Assembly: GCA_964404035.1 (NCBI GenBank)
Contig: CAYOIT010000005.1
Span: forward strand, 1-55,261
Source: an uncultured Verrucomicrobiota bacterium
Lineage (GTDB): Bacteria; Verrucomicrobiota; Kiritimatiellia; CAIKKV01; CAITUY01
DNA: 55,261 nt
Direction of reading: 5' to 3'
Shown here: one piece after another, positions 28,683-38,878 of the stretch
How positions within the stretch are numbered: the first letter of the stretch is position 1
Layout of the letters: every line of letters starts with the position of its first letter
Translations under genes and position numbers: made by a program
Notes under the pieces: generated by a model
The model's input: the letters and a program-made list of their open reading frames with translations, nothing else
The model's database searches: none
What the model was told of the DNA's origin: nothing

Positions 28683-30344
28683 TCAGTGGGTCGCCGGGGC
28701 GCCGCCGGATCGATAGGCTTCCCGAAGGATGTCGCGATCCGGGTGAAGACTGGCGGGCGTTCCGGCAATCTTCATCAGGCACGAAACCAGATGTCCGAGT
28801 TGAATGCCGCTTTCGGTTGCCAGTGCGAGCAATTCGCCCTGTGCCGGAGTGATGGGGCCGGAGCGTTGGCCGCGCAACATATCCAGGGTGGCGTTTACAA
28901 TGGTCAGCGGCTGGCTCAGTTCCTGCGCAATTTCGGCCAGCATTTCCAGCAGTGCCTTGCGGGACAAGGTTGGCGTTTTTCCCTGGGCCTCTTCAGCCGA
29001 AGCGGTGGCGGCCAGGACCTGCAGGGCATCGATCTTCTTCTTCGTGCCGGCGGCGAGCGCCTGCATGTGTTCACCCGTCTCGGCAATCAGCGACTGAATC
29101 GTTGATTCCCCGACACCAGAGGCGGGTTCCTTAGGTTTGGAGAGCGTATCGCCAAGTTGGGCCAGCAGCAGGGTCAGCGTCTTGATGCCATCGGGTTCCG
29201 TGCCCTGAGGAAGGGTGGGCGTGGGGGCAGGTTCACGCGTGACCATCAATCCCCTCCAACCCTCGGCACTCAGCCCCTGATCCATGAGACAATGGCGAAG
29301 CTCGTCCTCCTGAAGCGGATCGCCACCGGCCTGTTCAATCAGCTTCTTCATCTTGGCTTCGGCTTTTTCGGAGGCCCGGCGCGACTTCATGTACTTCGCC
29401 GCCAGGGATTCCACATCCAACCCCTCGGTGGTGTCCCTGAAGGCCGCCGACACGGCGTCCCGGTCGAGGGCATCCCCTGCCAGGGACTGCAATTGGGCAA
29501 GCAGCGTGTCCTCAAGCAGGAGCAGGTTGCGCTTGATCTGTTTGCGGCCTTTTTGTGTTTTCGCGACGGGGCTGCCGGTGAGTGTTTCGGTGAGGCGGTT
29601 GATGCACCCAACGACCAGATCGGTCAAGGACTCACCGGACCCGAGATCCATCGCCTGCTCGCGAACGTTGGCGGTCCGCAAGATGAGATCGGCCAGCTTT
29701 TCCGCGTCCTCCGACAATTGGCGCAGGTCCTCCTGGCCGCGGTCGGGAACGGCGGAGGGATCGCCCTTGAGAAAGGCCATTACGTTGGCCAGATCGGTCG
29801 CCGGGAGGGGGGCGGCCTGCTCCGGAGCGGCGGGGCCATGGTCTGCCACCGGGGCGGGTTCGGCTTCGCCTTCGGTCACACGGCGGTAGGTGACGTTCTG
29901 GGCCGCGATGTGCCGGATCCCGACGTCTTCCATGGTGTCCGATGCGGACTTTACGGTGCCATCCTTGGCCGGTGCGGTGATAAGCAGGGAGAAGAACGTC
30001 TGGTATTCCTCCCGTGACAGGCCGGATTCCATCACAAAGCTGAGGAGATTGCGGGCGGTGAGGCGGCCTATGATGTTTCCCGTCAGCGGGGCATCGTGAG
30101 CGGAGGCGCCGTTGATCAGCAAGTCACCGTCGACGATGCTGACATGCAGTTGGCCGTACCGTTGCAGGAGCGCCGCGAGGGCGGGGAAACTGCGGTCCAG
30201 CGAGGCGCTGGCGACCTTGTGCGCGACTCCGTAAAGCAGCGCCGTGTTCAGTGACTGGCCCATGGCCTGGACCAGGTCGACCGCTTCACGCGCCGACATC
30301 TGCCCGGAAGCGGGGACCGAAGGATCTGAGGGAGCGTCGGTCAT
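28683..30344 (-). CDS. Hypothetical protein with C-terminal HisKA/DHp-like helices lacking the phospho-His
   Basis: Long ORF with SD-like GGGA. C-terminal EIAQELSQPLTIVNATLDML resembles the H-box with H>Q. No HATPase domain. Confidence 0.7.
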   Translation of the reverse strand: MTDAPSDPSVPASGQMSAREAVDLVQAMGQSLNTALLYGVAHKVASASLDRSFPALAALLQRYGQLHVSIVDGDLLINGASAHDAPLTGNIIGRLTARNLLSFVMESGLSREEYQTFFSLLITAPAKDGTVKSASDTMEDVGIRHIAAQNVTYRRVTEGEAEPAPVADHGPAAPEQAAPLPATDLANVMAFLKGDPSAVPDRGQEDLRQLSEDAEKLADLILRTANVREQAMDLGSGESLTDLVVGCINRLTETLTGSPVAKTQKGRKQIKRNLLLLEDTLLAQLQSLAGDALDRDAVSAAFRDTTEGLDVESLAAKYMKSRRASEKAEAKMKKLIEQAGGDPLQEDELRHCLMDQGLSAEGWRGLMVTREPAPTPTLPQGTEPDGIKTLTLLLAQLGDTLSKPKEPASGVGESTIQSLIAETGEHMQALAAGTKKKIDALQVLAATASAEEAQGKTPTLSRKALLEMLAEIAQELSQPLTIVNATLDMLRGQRSGPITPAQGELLALATESGIQLGHLVSCLMKIAGTPASLHPDRDILREAYRSGGAPATH

Positions 30345-30390
30345 GGCTCATTCCCGAGCAAGGGAATTTCGGCACCCATTCGGTTGCGGA

Positions 30391-30678
30391 TTACTTGACC
30401 GTCCAGACGGACGGACTGGCCGCGTAGAAGGTCCACTCTGCCGCCTGAAGCCCGATGACCGCCAACAAAGCAATCGTGGCGCAAAGCCCGAAAATGGCGA
30501 AAAGAGTGAATGAGCTGCGCTTGCCTGACGGCGCCGAGGAGGCTTGTTCCAAGCCGATCGGGGCCGCCCGCGGCGCCTCATCAGGTTGCGCGGCCACGGT
30601 CGTCTCGGCGTCCAATGGGGCTACAGCAGGCGCGGACTCGGGATTTCGTTTCAGCTTGATGGTCTTGATCGTTGTCAT
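30391..30678 (-). CDS. Small membrane protein, hypothetical
   Basis: SD GAAGGGG, basic start (KTIKLKR), Ala/Pro linker, single C-terminal TM. Co-oriented between the epimerase and 28683-30344. Confidence 0.65.
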   Translation of the reverse strand: MTTIKTIKLKRNPESAPAVAPLDAETTVAAQPDEAPRAAPIGLEQASSAPSGKRSSFTLFAIFGLCATIALLAVIGLQAAEWTFYAASPSVWTVK

Positions 30679-30745
30679 AGCGCCCCTTCACACGGTTCAA
30701 CTCGCGAAGATGTAACGAACATGCTAGGTCGTAAACGCGCCGTGC

Positions 30746-31669
30746 TCAAGTACTTTTCTTGGCTCTGAAAAATCGGACCGTGGCGTCGAGTCCCTCTGTC
30801 AGGCTGCCGCGGGGAGTGAATCCGGCCGCGAGCAGCTTGTCAATGGCGGCCAGGGAATGCTTCACGTCTCCGGCCCGGTCCGGGGCATGACGGATTTCCG
30901 ACTTCGAACCTGTGAGCTTGCAAAGGGTCCGGGCGAGGTCATTGATGCTGATCCGCCGGCCGTAAGCCACGTTAAAAACCCCTGTTTGCGGGGATTGGGT
31001 TGCGAAGAAGACATTGGCGGCCACGATATCCTTCACGAAGATGAAATCGCGCGTCTGCTCCCCATCGCCATAGATGGTGATCGGTTCGTTCCTGACCGCC
31101 TTGTCCACAAAGATGGGGACGGCCGCCGCGTATTGGCTTTTCGGGTCCTGGCGCGGACCGAACACGTTGAAATAGCGGAGGCAGGTGGTTTGGAGCCGGT
31201 TTTCGCGGGCGAACATCTCGCAGTAGTATTCACCGTCGAGCTTGGTAATGGCATAGGGGCTCTTGGGTTCAGGGAACATGGTCTCGACCTTCGGGGTGAC
31301 GGGGTTGTCCCCATAGATGGCCGCGGAGGTGCTGAAGGTCAGTTTCTTGACGCCGGCCTGGGCGGCTTCTTCCAGCACCGTGAGGGTTCCGATGGTGTTC
31401 AACTCAGTGCATTCGATCGGTTTTTGCATGGATTCAGGCACGCTGATCATCGCGGCAAGATGGAAAACATAGTCCACGCCTTCCATGGCCCGACGCACGA
31501 GCGGACGGTCGAGAATCGAGCCCTCGATGAACTCACAGTCGAACCCGGCCAGATTCTGCCGGTGACCGGACCGGAGATTGTCGAGGACCCGGACCTCCGC
31601 CTGCCCCTGGAAATGCTCCACAAGATGACTTCCGATAAACCCGGCTCCGCCTGTAATCAGAACGCGCAT
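30746..31669 (-). CDS. NAD-dependent epimerase/dehydratase (UDP-glucose/GlcNAc 4-epimerase-like)
   Basis: ITGGAGFIGSH, YAITK (YxxxK), LRYFNVFGPRQDP, GDGEQTRDF. Confidence 0.93.
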   Translation of the reverse strand: MRVLITGGAGFIGSHLVEHFQGQAEVRVLDNLRSGHRQNLAGFDCEFIEGSILDRPLVRRAMEGVDYVFHLAAMISVPESMQKPIECTELNTIGTLTVLEEAAQAGVKKLTFSTSAAIYGDNPVTPKVETMFPEPKSPYAITKLDGEYYCEMFARENRLQTTCLRYFNVFGPRQDPKSQYAAAVPIFVDKAVRNEPITIYGDGEQTRDFIFVKDIVAANVFFATQSPQTGVFNVAYGRRISINDLARTLCKLTGSKSEIRHAPDRAGDVKHSLAAIDKLLAAGFTPRGSLTEGLDATVRFFRAKKST

Positions 31670-31831
31670 GATGAATACCCCTTTCGGACAATGCGACCAC
31701 TCCCCCCATGGTTATCAGATGGAAGCCTCGCAAAGAAGTCGAAACTTATTGCCGCGGGGACGTTTATGAGGTATTCAAGGCCGTTCTCGCATGGCCGGAT
31801 AGGGGCCTTTGAAGCGAACAGGAGACTGACC

Positions 31832-32053
31832 ATGGAACTACTTCGACAGGCGACCATCATCATGATGTTGGGGATGGGCTTGGTATTTGTGTTTTTGGCC
31901 CTGGTCATTCTCTTTGTTCAAGGCATAGCGAAGCTGATCCAGTGGCATGAGGCGACGCCTGCGGAGGGCAAGTCGGGCGGGCTGGAAGGCGACGACGGCG
32001 GGCGGGTTGCCGCGGCCATTGCCGTGGCCCTGCATGAGCGGAATCAAGGTTGA
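31832..32053 (+). CDS. oadG: Oxaloacetate decarboxylase gamma subunit
   Basis: SD GGAG, LGMGLVFVFLALVI TM, VAAAIAVALH. Precedes oadA. Confidence 0.88.
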   Translation: MELLRQATIIMMLGMGLVFVFLALVILFVQGIAKLIQWHEATPAEGKSGGLEGDDGGRVAAAIAVALHERNQG

Positions 32054-32072
32054 ACGACGAAAGGGACGGACT

Positions 32073-33869
32073 ATGGCTAAAATAGGAATTACCGATGTGG
32101 CGTTGCGCGATGCGCATCAGTCGCTGTTTGCCACGCGCATGCTGACTTCCGACATGATCCCGGTCGGCGGCCTGATGGATCGCGTGGGTTACTGGTCGCT
32201 CGAAACCTGGGGGGGCGCCACGTTCGACACCTGCATCAGGTTTCTGAACGAAGACCCCTGGGAACGCCTCAAGCAGCTCAAAGCGGTGATGCCCCGCACG
32301 CCGCAGCAGATGCTCTTGCGCGGCCAGAACCTGCTCGGGTACCGCCACTATGCCGATGATGTCGTGGAGGCTTTCGTGGCGCGTGCGGCGCACCATGGGG
32401 TCTCCGTCTTCCGGATCTTTGATGCCCTGAACGATCCCCGCAACTTTCTGACGTCGATCCGGGCGGTCAAGAAAGCCGGCCAGCATGCGCAGGCCACTAT
32501 CAGCTATGCCACCAGCCCGGTTCATACCAATGAGTCCTACGTCGCGCTGGCGGCGGAACTCAAGGCCATGGGGGCGGACTCGATTTGCATCAAGGATATG
32601 GCCGGTCTGCTGAAGCCGTACCCCGCCAACGAACTTGTCAGGGCCCTCAAACGCGAGGTGGGGCTGCCCGTGCATCTTCATACTCACTCGACCACCGGTA
32701 TGTCGGTGGCGACGCTGCTGAAGGCGATTGAGGCAGGGGCGGACCGGATGGATACGGCTATTTCCTCCCTGGCGATGGGGACCAGCCACTCGCCTACCGA
32801 AACCATGGTGGAGATCCTGAAAGGAACCGAGTATGACACCGGGTTGGATATCAAGTTACTGCTCGAGATCGCCGCCTGCTTCCGCAGCGTGAGGCTCAAA
32901 TATCGGCAGTTTGAATCCTCTTTTCTCGGTGCGGACACGCGCATTCTCACCGCCCAGGTTCCGGGCGGCATGCTCTCGAACCTGGAAAATCAGTTGCGTG
33001 AGCAGAATGCCCTGAACAAGCTGGACGCGGTGCTCGAAGAGGTCGCGGTGGTGCAGCGGGATTTCGGGTATCCGCCGCTCGTCACGCCAACGTCGCAGAT
33101 TGTCGGGTCGCAGGCGTTGTTCAACGTGCTGTTCGGCCGGTACGAAAAGTTGACCGCCGAGTCCCGGGATATCCTGGTGGGCCGGTATGGGCGGACCCCG
33201 GCGGAGCCGGATCCCAAGCTGGTGAAAAAGGCCCTCGAGGAATCGAAGATGGATGTGCCGATCACCCATCGTCCGGCCGACGACATCCCGAACGAGTTGG
33301 GCCGCATCGAGGAGGAACTCAAGGCCAAGCTTCAGGTGTCCCATGTGCCCGTCGAGGATGTCCTGACGTATGCCATGTTCCCGCAGGTGGCCTTGCCGTT
33401 CTTTGCCAAACGTCACAAAGGCCCTGTCACGTTCGAGGCGCCGGCGCCGGAGGCCAAACCCGCCGTGGCGCCCGGAACGAAAAGCTCCGGACGTTATGTG
33501 GTGACCGTCAATGGACGTGACTACACGGTCAAGAGTCAGCCGGGCAAGCAGGGCGGGCGGGCTGTCGACGTGAATGGCACCCTGTTCGAGGTGGCGGTGC
33601 AGGAGAGTCAGGCGGCCGAGGCCCAGGGGAAGGCCGCCGCACCGGTCTCCGGGGGGCAGGCAGAGTCCGTGCTGGCGCCCATGCCGGGCGATATTGTGAA
33701 ACTGGCGTACGAGGATGGCGACAAGGTCGAGGCCGGCGCCGCGGTGCTGGTCATGGAGGCCATGAAGATGCAGTTGGAGGTCAGGACCCGTCGGGCCGGA
33801 ACCATTACCTTCAAGGTCAACGCCGGGACGGCCGTCAAGGCTGAACAGGTGATTGCGGTCATCGAGTGA
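32073..33869 (+). CDS. oadA: Na+-transporting oxaloacetate decarboxylase alpha subunit
   Basis: [42 protein letters not shown], and C-terminal biotinyl EAMKM. Confidence 0.93.
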   Translation: MAKIGITDVALRDAHQSLFATRMLTSDMIPVGGLMDRVGYWSLETWGGATFDTCIRFLNEDPWERLKQLKAVMPRTPQQMLLRGQNLLGYRHYADDVVEAFVARAAHHGVSVFRIFDALNDPRNFLTSIRAVKKAGQHAQATISYATSPVHTNESYVALAAELKAMGADSICIKDMAGLLKPYPANELVRALKREVGLPVHLHTHSTTGMSVATLLKAIEAGADRMDTAISSLAMGTSHSPTETMVEILKGTEYDTGLDIKLLLEIAACFRSVRLKYRQFESSFLGADTRILTAQVPGGMLSNLENQLREQNALNKLDAVLEEVAVVQRDFGYPPLVTPTSQIVGSQALFNVLFGRYEKLTAESRDILVGRYGRTPAEPDPKLVKKALEESKMDVPITHRPADDIPNELGRIEEELKAKLQVSHVPVEDVLTYAMFPQVALPFFAKRHKGPVTFEAPAPEAKPAVAPGTKSSGRYVVTVNGRDYTVKSQPGKQGGRAVDVNGTLFEVAVQESQAAEAQGKAAAPVSGGQAESVLAPMPGDIVKLAYEDGDKVEAGAAVLVMEAMKMQLEVRTRRAGTITFKVNAGTAVKAEQVIAVIE

Positions 33870-33883
33870 ACGGGAGAGGCGCC

Positions 33884-35242
33884 ATGCGAACAAATGTTAA
33901 GAAAGCCATTCTTTTTGTAGCCATCGGGTTCACCCTTCTCGGTGCGCTGGGCCTGGTTCGTGCCGTGCGGGCCGAGGTCGGCCCCGCGCCGGTGGGGCTT
34001 GTGTCCGCCCCGGCCTTTGAGGGGGTGCCGGTACCGGGGGATCTCGCTGGCGGGCAGCCCCTTCCCGCGACGGAGTCAGACCGGATTTCCGTGTCGGGCG
34101 GGATGGTGAGCGTGGCGAGAACCACGGGAATCTACGGCTTCATCACCGGTTCCGGCTGGAAGTCGCTGCTGATGGTGTTGGCGGGGTGTCTGCTGCTGTA
34201 TCTTGGCGTGGTCAAGGATTTCGAGCCGTTGCTGCTGGTGCCCATCGGTTTCGGGACGATCTTTGTGAATGTGCCGTTTGCCGGGATGGGGTCGGAGCAT
34301 GGGTTGCTGGGGCTCATTTTCAAATACGGCATCGAGAACGAATTGCTGCCGCTGATCGTGTTCATGGGCATTGGGGCGCTCTCGGATTTTGGCCCCCTGC
34401 TGGCCAGTCCGCGCGTGGCGATCCTGGGTGCGGCGGCCCAGTTCGGGGTATTCGGGACATTGTTAGGGGTGGTGGCCCTCAATGCGTTGCCGGGATTTGA
34501 GTTCACCATCAAGGAGGCCTGTTCGATTGCCATTATCGGCGGTGCCGACGGCCCGACCTCGATCTATGTAGCGGCCAAGTTTGCACCTCATCTGATGGGG
34601 TCGATTGCGGTGGCGGCCTATTCATACATGGCCCTGGTTCCCCTGATCCAGCCTCCGATCATGCGGCTGCTGACGACGCCGGCCGAACGGCGGATTGTCA
34701 TGCGGCAGGTGCGTCCGGTGAGCAAACTCGAGAAGGCCGTCTTCCCGTTGCTGATTCTCGTGCTGTGCATCCTGCTGCTCCCCTCGGCGCTTCCCCTGAT
34801 GGGCTGTTTTGCCTTCGGTAACTTCATCAAGGAAAGCGGCGTGATCGAGCGGATCTCAAAGACGCTCCAGAATGAACTCATGAACATCGCGACCGTGTTC
34901 CTGGGACTGGGCGTGGGCATGCAGATGGCGGCAGAAAAGTTCGTCCAGATGAACACGCTGGGGATCCTGGTGCTGGGGTTGCTGGCGTTTTCGCTGGGAA
35001 CAGCGGGCGGAGTGCTCTTCGCCAAGCTGATGAATGTGTTCTGCAAGAAGGACCCGATCAACCCGTTGATCGGGTCTGCCGGCGTCTCCGCCTTCCCCAT
35101 GGCGGCTCGAGTCTCCAACAAACTCGGACTTGAGGCTGATCCGCATAACTTCCTGCTGATGCATGCGCTGGGCGCGAATGTGGCCGGCCAGATTGGTTCG
35201 GTGGTCGCGGCCGGCATCATTTTGGCGATCTTCGCCAACTGA
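33884..35242 (+). CDS. oadB: Na+-transporting decarboxylase beta subunit
   Basis: [54 protein letters not shown]. Confidence 0.95.
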   Translation: MRTNVKKAILFVAIGFTLLGALGLVRAVRAEVGPAPVGLVSAPAFEGVPVPGDLAGGQPLPATESDRISVSGGMVSVARTTGIYGFITGSGWKSLLMVLAGCLLLYLGVVKDFEPLLLVPIGFGTIFVNVPFAGMGSEHGLLGLIFKYGIENELLPLIVFMGIGALSDFGPLLASPRVAILGAAAQFGVFGTLLGVVALNALPGFEFTIKEACSIAIIGGADGPTSIYVAAKFAPHLMGSIAVAAYSYMALVPLIQPPIMRLLTTPAERRIVMRQVRPVSKLEKAVFPLLILVLCILLLPSALPLMGCFAFGNFIKESGVIERISKTLQNELMNIATVFLGLGVGMQMAAEKFVQMNTLGILVLGLLAFSLGTAGGVLFAKLMNVFCKKDPINPLIGSAGVSAFPMAARVSNKLGLEADPHNFLLMHALGANVAGQIGSVVAAGIILAIFAN

Positions 35243-35301
35243 ATCTCCAGGCCGGTGTTTTATGACTGGAACTCCGGTGCCTGCGCCTGTATCTTCCGGC
35301 C

Positions 35302-36966
35302 ATGCTTCAAACGTTGCGAGTACGTAATCTGGCTCTGGTCGAGGACATCCAGGTCGAGTTTCAGGCCGGCCTTAATGTGATTACCGGCGAGACCGGCGCG
35401 GGCAAGTCGGTGATCATCGGCGCGCTCAAACTGCTGCTGGGAGAACGGGCGGACAAGAGTCTGATCCGGGCCGGGGCAGATCAGTGCGTGGCGGAGGCCG
35501 TTTTTCATCTTCAGGATTCCGCGGCGATCGATGCCGTTCTCGACGAGGTCGGGATGCCGGCGTGCGAAGAGGGCCAGTTGCTTCTCCGGCGCACCCTTTC
35601 GGCGAACGGCACGGGCAAGAACCTGGTCAACGACAGTGCAACCACCCTCCAGGTCCTCAAACGCATCGGTGAACTGCTGGTCGATATGCACGGCCCGTAC
35701 GATCACCAGTCCCTCCTCAACACCGAGTTTCAGCTCGATATTCTTGACGCCTTCGGACACTTATGGGAGACGCGCCAGGGATATGAGGCGGTCTATGCGA
35801 GTTTTCGTGAGGCAGGGGCGCAGCGCAAGGACCTGGAGGGAACCGACGAGCAGGAGGTTGCCCAGCAGATCGAGTTGCTGTCGTTCCAGGTCAAGGAAAT
35901 GGAAGAGGCCGCCCTGGTGGAGGGCGAGGACGACGCCATTGCCCGGGAGCAGGTGCAGGTGGCCAACGCCCAGCGTATTCTCGAGTTGTCGGAAGGCATT
36001 CGCAATGCCCTCGTGGAGGGGGAGAACTCGGCCTTCAACGGGCTCGCCTTTGCGCAGAAGGGGCTGGGTGAACTGGCCTCCCTGGTCGAGCCCGCGAATG
36101 GGTGGCGGGACGAAGCCCGCGCCTTGACGGTCCAACTGCAGGATCTCGCGGAAACCATCGAGCACCATGTTCGCAACATCGAAGGCGATCCCCAGCGCCT
36201 GCAGTGGCTGGAGGACCGGATGGCGCTGTACCATCGCCTCAAACGCAAGTATGGCGGCACCGTCAGGGAGGTTCTGGAGCATCTGGCGAAAGTCAAAACG
36301 CGCCTGCGTGAGCTGGAAAGCCGCGGCGAGCGCCTGGCCGAACTCGACCGTCAGCTGGAGGGGCTGCGGGCCAAGGTGGAGCAGGCAGGCGGCAAGCTCG
36401 GCAAGTCCCGACGCCAGGCCGCTTCAAAACTGGCCGCGACCATCACTGAGGAACTCCGTGATCTTGGTTTTGCCCATGGAGCCTTTGCCGTCGAACTCAC
36501 GACGGCAGCGCCCGGGCCGTCAGGTCTGGAGGCGATTGAATTCGCGTTTGCACCCAACGCCGGTGAACCGGCCCGTCCCCTGAGGGCCATCGCCTCCAGC
36601 GGCGAGATCTCGCGCGTCATGCTGGCGGTCAAGGCCGTGCTGGCCAATCATGACAGCATTCCGGTGCTGGTCTTTGATGAGATTGACGCCAACGTTGGCG
36701 GGGCCATGGGCACGGCCATCGGGACCAAGCTCGACACGGTTGGTCAACATCATCAAGTGCTCTGTATCACCCATCTGCCGCAGGTGGCGGTCCATGGTAA
36801 GACCCACTTTGCCGTGGCCAAGGAAGTCGTCAACGGACGCACCCGCACCTCGATTGCCCGTCTCGAAACGTCGGAGCGAGTTGAGGAAATCGCCCGGATG
36901 TTGGGCGGCCGCGATCTCACCTCGGTCACGCTGAAACACGCCCGCGAGATGCTCCGGGGGAAGTAG
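35302..36966 (+). CDS. recN: DNA repair protein RecN
   Basis: ITGETGAGKS, coiled coil, ASSGEISRVML, VFDEIDA, LCITHLPQVA, EEIARML. Confidence 0.96.
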   Translation: MLQTLRVRNLALVEDIQVEFQAGLNVITGETGAGKSVIIGALKLLLGERADKSLIRAGADQCVAEAVFHLQDSAAIDAVLDEVGMPACEEGQLLLRRTLSANGTGKNLVNDSATTLQVLKRIGELLVDMHGPYDHQSLLNTEFQLDILDAFGHLWETRQGYEAVYASFREAGAQRKDLEGTDEQEVAQQIELLSFQVKEMEEAALVEGEDDAIAREQVQVANAQRILELSEGIRNALVEGENSAFNGLAFAQKGLGELASLVEPANGWRDEARALTVQLQDLAETIEHHVRNIEGDPQRLQWLEDRMALYHRLKRKYGGTVREVLEHLAKVKTRLRELESRGERLAELDRQLEGLRAKVEQAGGKLGKSRRQAASKLAATITEELRDLGFAHGAFAVELTTAAPGPSGLEAIEFAFAPNAGEPARPLRAIASSGEISRVMLAVKAVLANHDSIPVLVFDEIDANVGGAMGTAIGTKLDTVGQHHQVLCITHLPQVAVHGKTHFAVAKEVVNGRTRTSIARLETSERVEEIARMLGGRDLTSVTLKHAREMLRGK

Positions 36967-37027
36967 AGGGCCTGACGATGGCTCCCGGTGGTCGTGGTCT
37001 CCAGTGACCTCGTGGCGCCGGGCCTGC

Positions 37028-37531
37028 TTACTGACCGGCGGTCATCTCGATTGAACCAAACACCAGCTCCACCTTGGCCAGGCGGCCGGCGGTGGGAGAG
37101 GCTTGCAGGACGCCTTCAAGCAGGGACCAAGGGGGTTGACGGTTGGCGGCATCGTGGAGCAGTCGTCCCAAGTCGTCTCCGGAAACGTCGCTCAGGGCCA
37201 CGCTGGCTCGCCGTGCGGTCCATCCCGGCAAGGTTGGGGTGGCTTCCATTTCGCGGATGGCGGCCTCTTTTCCTGGAAGCGCGTCATGAACCAGTTCGGA
37301 AAGGGAAATGGGCGTCTTCTCCATCCGTCTTCTTTCCGCGAGAAGGGCGCGATGACCAAGCACCGTCCGCTGCATGGCGGAAAGCTCGCGGATGTCAGAC
37401 ACTTTCTTTTGATATGCGACCACGTCCCGGGGGAGTTGGACCAGCGAACGGGCCGTCCAGATCGTGCCGGTCAGGGCCGCCACGATGGCGGCCACACACA
37501 GAACGATAAGCATGGCAGGTTTATCTTTCAT
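37028..37531 (-). CDS. GspM/PilO-like membrane protein (hypothetical)
   Basis: N-terminal TM, coiled coil, small alpha/beta C-terminal domain. Overlaps the end of the GspL-like gene. Confidence 0.55.
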   Translation of the reverse strand: MKDKPAMLIVLCVAAIVAALTGTIWTARSLVQLPRDVVAYQKKVSDIRELSAMQRTVLGHRALLAERRRMEKTPISLSELVHDALPGKEAAIREMEATPTLPGWTARRASVALSDVSGDDLGRLLHDAANRQPPWSLLEGVLQASPTAGRLAKVELVFGSIEMTAGQ

Positions 37532-38870
37532 GTGACCATCCCATGCTGATCACAAACGCCTGGCGTGCCTCACCTGGCGGCGTGTCTTTTCGTTCCGCCT
37601 TGACGTTGGTTCCCAGCGGCTTCAGCCGGTTGACCGCCCGCTCACACTGGTCCCATTTGGGGGAGAGCCCGTGGATCATGAGGGCCTGACGGGTGAGGGT
37701 GACGGTTTCGAAGGCAAGGCCTTCTTCCTGTCCGATGAGGAGGACACTTCTCAGAAGCTCAGCCAGAGGTTTGTCCGTGGCCGCCAGGAAAGGTTCCAGT
37801 TGGTGGGACTGGGTTTCGAGCGCCCGGCGGCTGCTCAGCAGCTCCTGGCCCCGCGGGACCAGACGTGGAGAACCGGTGATATCGACGGCCAGACGGTGAA
37901 GCTGTTCCTGGGTGCGATCCATCTGGCGATGAAACTTAAACTGCCAGGCGAGATTGACGGCGATCAGCACGAGTCCGGCAGCCAGGAGTGCGGCGGCTGT
38001 CCGGTAGGGGATCTGGCTCTGCCTTTTTGCGAACAGGGGATGCGTGAACGGACCGGCCCGAAGGTTGCAGCGGCAGGGGGACGAGGTCAGCGCGCGCGAG
38101 GCCAGCGCCCGGGCCAGGAAGGTTTTTGGATCGCGCGCCACTTTCAGGGTTCCCGGCCAGCGGGCGGCCAGGTCGGCTTGTTGTTTCCTGACGACGTCGG
38201 CATCGGCCGCCAGCGGACCGGTCCACATCCACTGACTGTCGGCCGGCGGAGCAGGGAACGTGGATTTCAAAAGGCGGATGATCTGATCGGGATCAGCGTG
38301 GCGGAGACTATGGGCGCTCACGAGTTCATCACCCTGACCCGTCACCAGCGTGGTTCGGTTAACGCCCAAGTGGACCAGTATCCGGACCCCTTGCCCGGTC
38401 GGCCATTCGCGGACGCACTGGGACCAGAGGGCGAGGCTTTCCTGATCGAGAACATGAGGATTAACCCCGGCCGTCTGCAACTCGCCCAATCGCTTCTCAA
38501 TGTCGCTATTACGGGCACCGGCCAACAACCCGCGGGTCCCTGATCGGTCGGCGGTTGGCTGTGTGGCCACCAGGGCAAACGTGCAATCTTCGACGGAGAA
38601 GGGCAGTTGGACATCAAGCTGAGAGGCGAAAACCCGTTCGGCCTTTCGCACGGAAGCGAGGGGAACCGTGAGCCACTTGATAAAGCTCTCGCGTTGCAGC
38701 AGGCAGGCGGCGACGGTTTCGTTGCTGGAGACGCTGGCGGGCAGAATCGTATCGAAGGATAGATGGCCTCCCCGGCCGGTGGCCCGCACCAGGATGAGTC
38801 CATCCTGGTCGGCATCCGCGCCGACCGCGCTACGGGACCATCGCGGAGAATAATGAGGAGGGTTGTTCAT
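37521..38870 (-). CDS. GspL-like type II secretion/pilus platform protein
   Basis: QLDVQLPFSVED (GspL/PilM-like), VHLG..RTTLV, NLR.GPF before a TM, periplasmic domain. Start could be 38897. Confidence 0.65.
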   Translation of the reverse strand: MNNPPHYSPRWSRSAVGADADQDGLILVRATGRGGHLSFDTILPASVSSNETVAACLLQRESFIKWLTVPLASVRKAERVFASQLDVQLPFSVEDCTFALVATQPTADRSGTRGLLAGARNSDIEKRLGELQTAGVNPHVLDQESLALWSQCVREWPTGQGVRILVHLGVNRTTLVTGQGDELVSAHSLRHADPDQIIRLLKSTFPAPPADSQWMWTGPLAADADVVRKQQADLAARWPGTLKVARDPKTFLARALASRALTSSPCRCNLRAGPFTHPLFAKRQSQIPYRTAAALLAAGLVLIAVNLAWQFKFHRQMDRTQEQLHRLAVDITGSPRLVPRGQELLSSRRALETQSHQLEPFLAATDKPLAELLRSVLLIGQEEGLAFETVTLTRQALMIHGLSPKWDQCERAVNRLKPLGTNVKAERKDTPPGEARQAFVISMGWSHER

Positions 38871-38878
38871 ACTCGGCT

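Noticed and set aside
30857-31831. Long N-terminal extension of the oadG ORF
   Set aside because: Antisense shadow of the epimerase. The real start is the ATG at 31832 with an SD.
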